Shown: in pieces, positions 62,090-64,000 of the stretch
How the letters are laid out: each line of letters opens with the position of its first letter
How positions within the stretch are numbered: position 1 is the stretch's first letter
The notes under the pieces: model-generated
Databases searched by the model: none
Told to the model about the DNA's origin: nothing
Seen by the model: only the letters and a program-made list of their open reading frames with translations
NCBI GenBank assembly: GCA_965657355.1
Contig: CBFHOE010000009.1
Location: 96,001-160,000, forward strand
DNA: 64,000 bases
Direction of reading: 5' to 3'
DNA from: Limisphaerales bacterium
GTDB taxonomy: Bacteria; Verrucomicrobiota; Verrucomicrobiia; Limisphaerales; JAJOIW01
Program-made: the position numbers and the translations under genes

Positions 62090-64000
62090 TCACTCCGTTT
62101 TCACGGGATCAGCAGGTCTTTTTGGCAATCTCATTGGTTTTTCGGCCATCATGCTCAGAACTTCCTGAATGCCTCTTTCCAACTGAGGATCGCGCCCCTC
62201 AATGACAGACTGGGGATCATTTTCAACATAGATATCCGGATCTACACCATGACCCTCTATGATATATTCTCCATCCGTGTCATTAGTCGCCTGTAGCGGA
62301 ACATAAACCGTACCACCATCAAGAAGAGGTCCTCGACTTGAAATACCAACAACGCCACCCCAAGAGCGCTTACCGATCAAAGGCCCCAGTTCTGACTTAC
62401 GGAAACGGTGCGGAAATATATCACCATCCGATGCGGATGTCTCATTAATGAGGCAAACTTTGTGCCCATGAAAAACAGTCCCGGGATATGTGCCCGGCTC
62501 GTCACTAGAATACCCGAAGCGCGTACCGAGTAATTTGGTGTCGAGGCGTTCAATAATCCACTGGGAAACATTTCCACCTCCATTACTTCGGACGTCCACA
62601 ATGAGTCCTTCTTTACGCATTTGTGGATAAAACCATTTTATGAACTCATAGATTCCCGGCGCCCCCATATCTGGAATATGAAGATACCCTACTCTGCCCG
62701 CAGTCATCGCATCGACCTTAGCCATATTACCCAGCACCCAATTTAGATAGAGCAATGATTTCTCAGAAGAGACCGGACGATAAGTAATCTCTCGAGCACC
62801 CTCTTCACTTGGTTTCTTATTAATTGTAAGAACAATGGGATCGGTCTTGTGTTGAAGCAAGCGGTATGGATTATCGTTTCCATTTAGTGATTCCCCGTCA
62901 ATGGCCAAAACGTAATCACCCTCGTCTATGTCGACTCCGACTTCGGTCAGGGGCGAGCGGTATTTTGCTTCTTCATTATGGCCTTTCATGATTTTGAAAA
63001 TACGATACTTATTAACCTCTGAATCCAATTTAAATCTGGCGCCAGGCAAACCAACTTTGGGTCTCTTTGGAATCTCAAAATCTCCACCTGCGATGTAAGC
63101 ATGCCCCACGTTAAGTTCAGATATCATTTCACCGATGACATAATTGAGGTCGGAGCGATGGGCTACGTGCTTTACCAAAGGGCGATATTGATTTCCAATC
63201 GCATCCCAGTCAAAGCCATGCATGTTTTCCACGTAAAAGAAGTCGCGATACCGACGCCACACCTCATTGAAGACGGTGATCCATTCCTCACTTGGATTCC
63301 GATCTACCATCAAACCCGAAGTTGAAATCGACTTTTTCCCCGGAGCTCCTGTTTTTGCGTCGTATCGAGCGAATCCACCCTGAGCCCTTACTAATACCTT
63401 CTGTCCATCTGAGGATAGCGACCATGATCCGGCACCTTCTAAGAAAGATGTGGATTCACGTTTCTTGAGATCAAAAATATGAAGAGTCGATTTCTCGCTA
63501 CTACTGCGTCCGTAATAACTGGAGCCAGAGGTGGAATAAAAGAGGAAGCCTTTGGCCGAAGTCAGTTTTCTGATATTGCCTGCTCTGACCGGAACGCGGA
63601 CAGCTCGCTGATCAAGGCCATCAAAATCAATATGTGTATATTCCAATCTCTCAGTTTCATTTTTCTCCTCATTAACTGAATTTTTATGATCAATAGGATC
63701 TGGATCACCTTTTTCCTCATCTATATCAACCTCGTCAGACTCTGGAGCAAAAGGATTTAATACGCCCTTGCGTAATGCCAAAGCGTAAGCTTGAACATCA
63801 TGACTTCCTGCATAATTCCACTCAATCGTGGAAATTTGTGGTGCAAACTCTCGACGTGAAAGATAGAAAATATAATTCCCTTCCGGATCCCATGTAGGGG
63901 AATCAACATCAAAGTGTGGGTTTGTAATAGGATGTGTCTTTCCGTCGGCGACTGACCAAATGTGGAGCCGACCAAAACCATTAATCTCTCTCATTGTAAA
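62090..64000 (-). CDS. Tricorn-type S41 protease; 5' end lies beyond the window
   Basis: Propeller repeats; EVWRRYRDFFY, ELNVGHAY, PDZ-like segment, GYLHIPDM, DVRSNGGG, SASDGD, GKRSWGGVVG, EGHGVDPDI. Confidence 0.93.
   Translation of the reverse strand, partial: FTMREINGFGRLHIWSVADGKTHPITNPHFDVDSPTWDPEGNYIFYLSRREFAPQISTIEWNYAGSHDVQAYALALRKGVLNPFAPESDEVDIDEEKGDPDPIDHKNSVNEEKNETERLEYTHIDFDGLDQRAVRVPVRAGNIRKLTSAKGFLFYSTSGSSYYGRSSSEKSTLHIFDLKKRESTSFLEGAGSWSLSSDGQKVLVRAQGGFARYDAKTGAPGKKSISTSGLMVDRNPSEEWITVFNEVWRRYRDFFYVENMHGFDWDAIGNQYRPLVKHVAHRSDLNYVIGEMISELNVGHAYIAGGDFEIPKRPKVGLPGARFKLDSEVNKYRIFKIMKGHNEEAKYRSPLTEVGVDIDEGDYVLAIDGESLNGNDNPYRLLQHKTDPIVLTINKKPSEEGAREITYRPVSSEKSLLYLNWVLGNMAKVDAMTAGRVGYLHIPDMGAPGIYEFIKWFYPQMRKEGLIVDVRSNGGGNVSQWIIERLDTKLLGTRFGYSSDEPGTYPGTVFHGHKVCLINETSASDGDIFPHRFRKSELGPLIGKRSWGGVVGISSRGPLLDGGTVYVPLQATNDTDGEYIIEGHGVDPDIYVENDPQSVIEGRDPQLERGIQEVLSMMAEKPMRLPKRPADPVKTE

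Noticed and set aside
313..63981. The many 60-120 aa ORFs overlapping long genes in other frames or antisense
   Set aside because: They have no motifs and lie inside well-supported genes; treated as shadow ORFs.
1..64000. CRISPR arrays, tRNA/rRNA, prophage, integrase or defence genes
   Set aside because: None seen by manual reading; short or divergent RNAs could have been missed without a covariance-model scan.

Overview
A gene-dense 64 kb chromosomal segment from a PVC-superphylum bacterium, most likely Verrucomicrobia. This is inferred from the DUF1501/PSD1 and DUF1552/DUF1592 gene pairs, an H-X9-DG prepilin-like protein of the '[12 protein letters not shown]' type, and eight intact Cys-type sulfatases plus one sulfatase relic. 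Main blocks: (1) sulfatases and planctomycete-type cytochrome c pairs; (2) a C30 carotenoid operon (crtN-TPR orf-crtP/crtNb-crtQ-crtO-aldH) with no crtM and a CarH/LitR-like TnnACA repeat array upstream; (3) a secreted YVTN beta-propeller/di-heme cytochrome c/ankyrin fusion; (4) organophosphorus enzymes (PI-PLC fusion, LamG-purple acid phosphatase with a Pho-box-like promoter, orphan PhnZ-like HD protein, NUDIX); (5) a complete F8-like chemosensory operon with a c-type-heme receptor, a CheZ-motif/degenerate-MCP protein and a truncated His-to-Asn kinase; (6) a four-gene uncharacterised membrane redox operon behind a perfect FNR-type box, including an MsrQ-like/Rieske fusion and a 35-aa ORF missed by the ORF track. 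Block 6 is my best candidate for an undescribed system. Both window ends cut through genes. No rRNA, tRNA, CRISPR array or intact mobile element was seen. All calls come from reading motifs by eye; no database searches were run.
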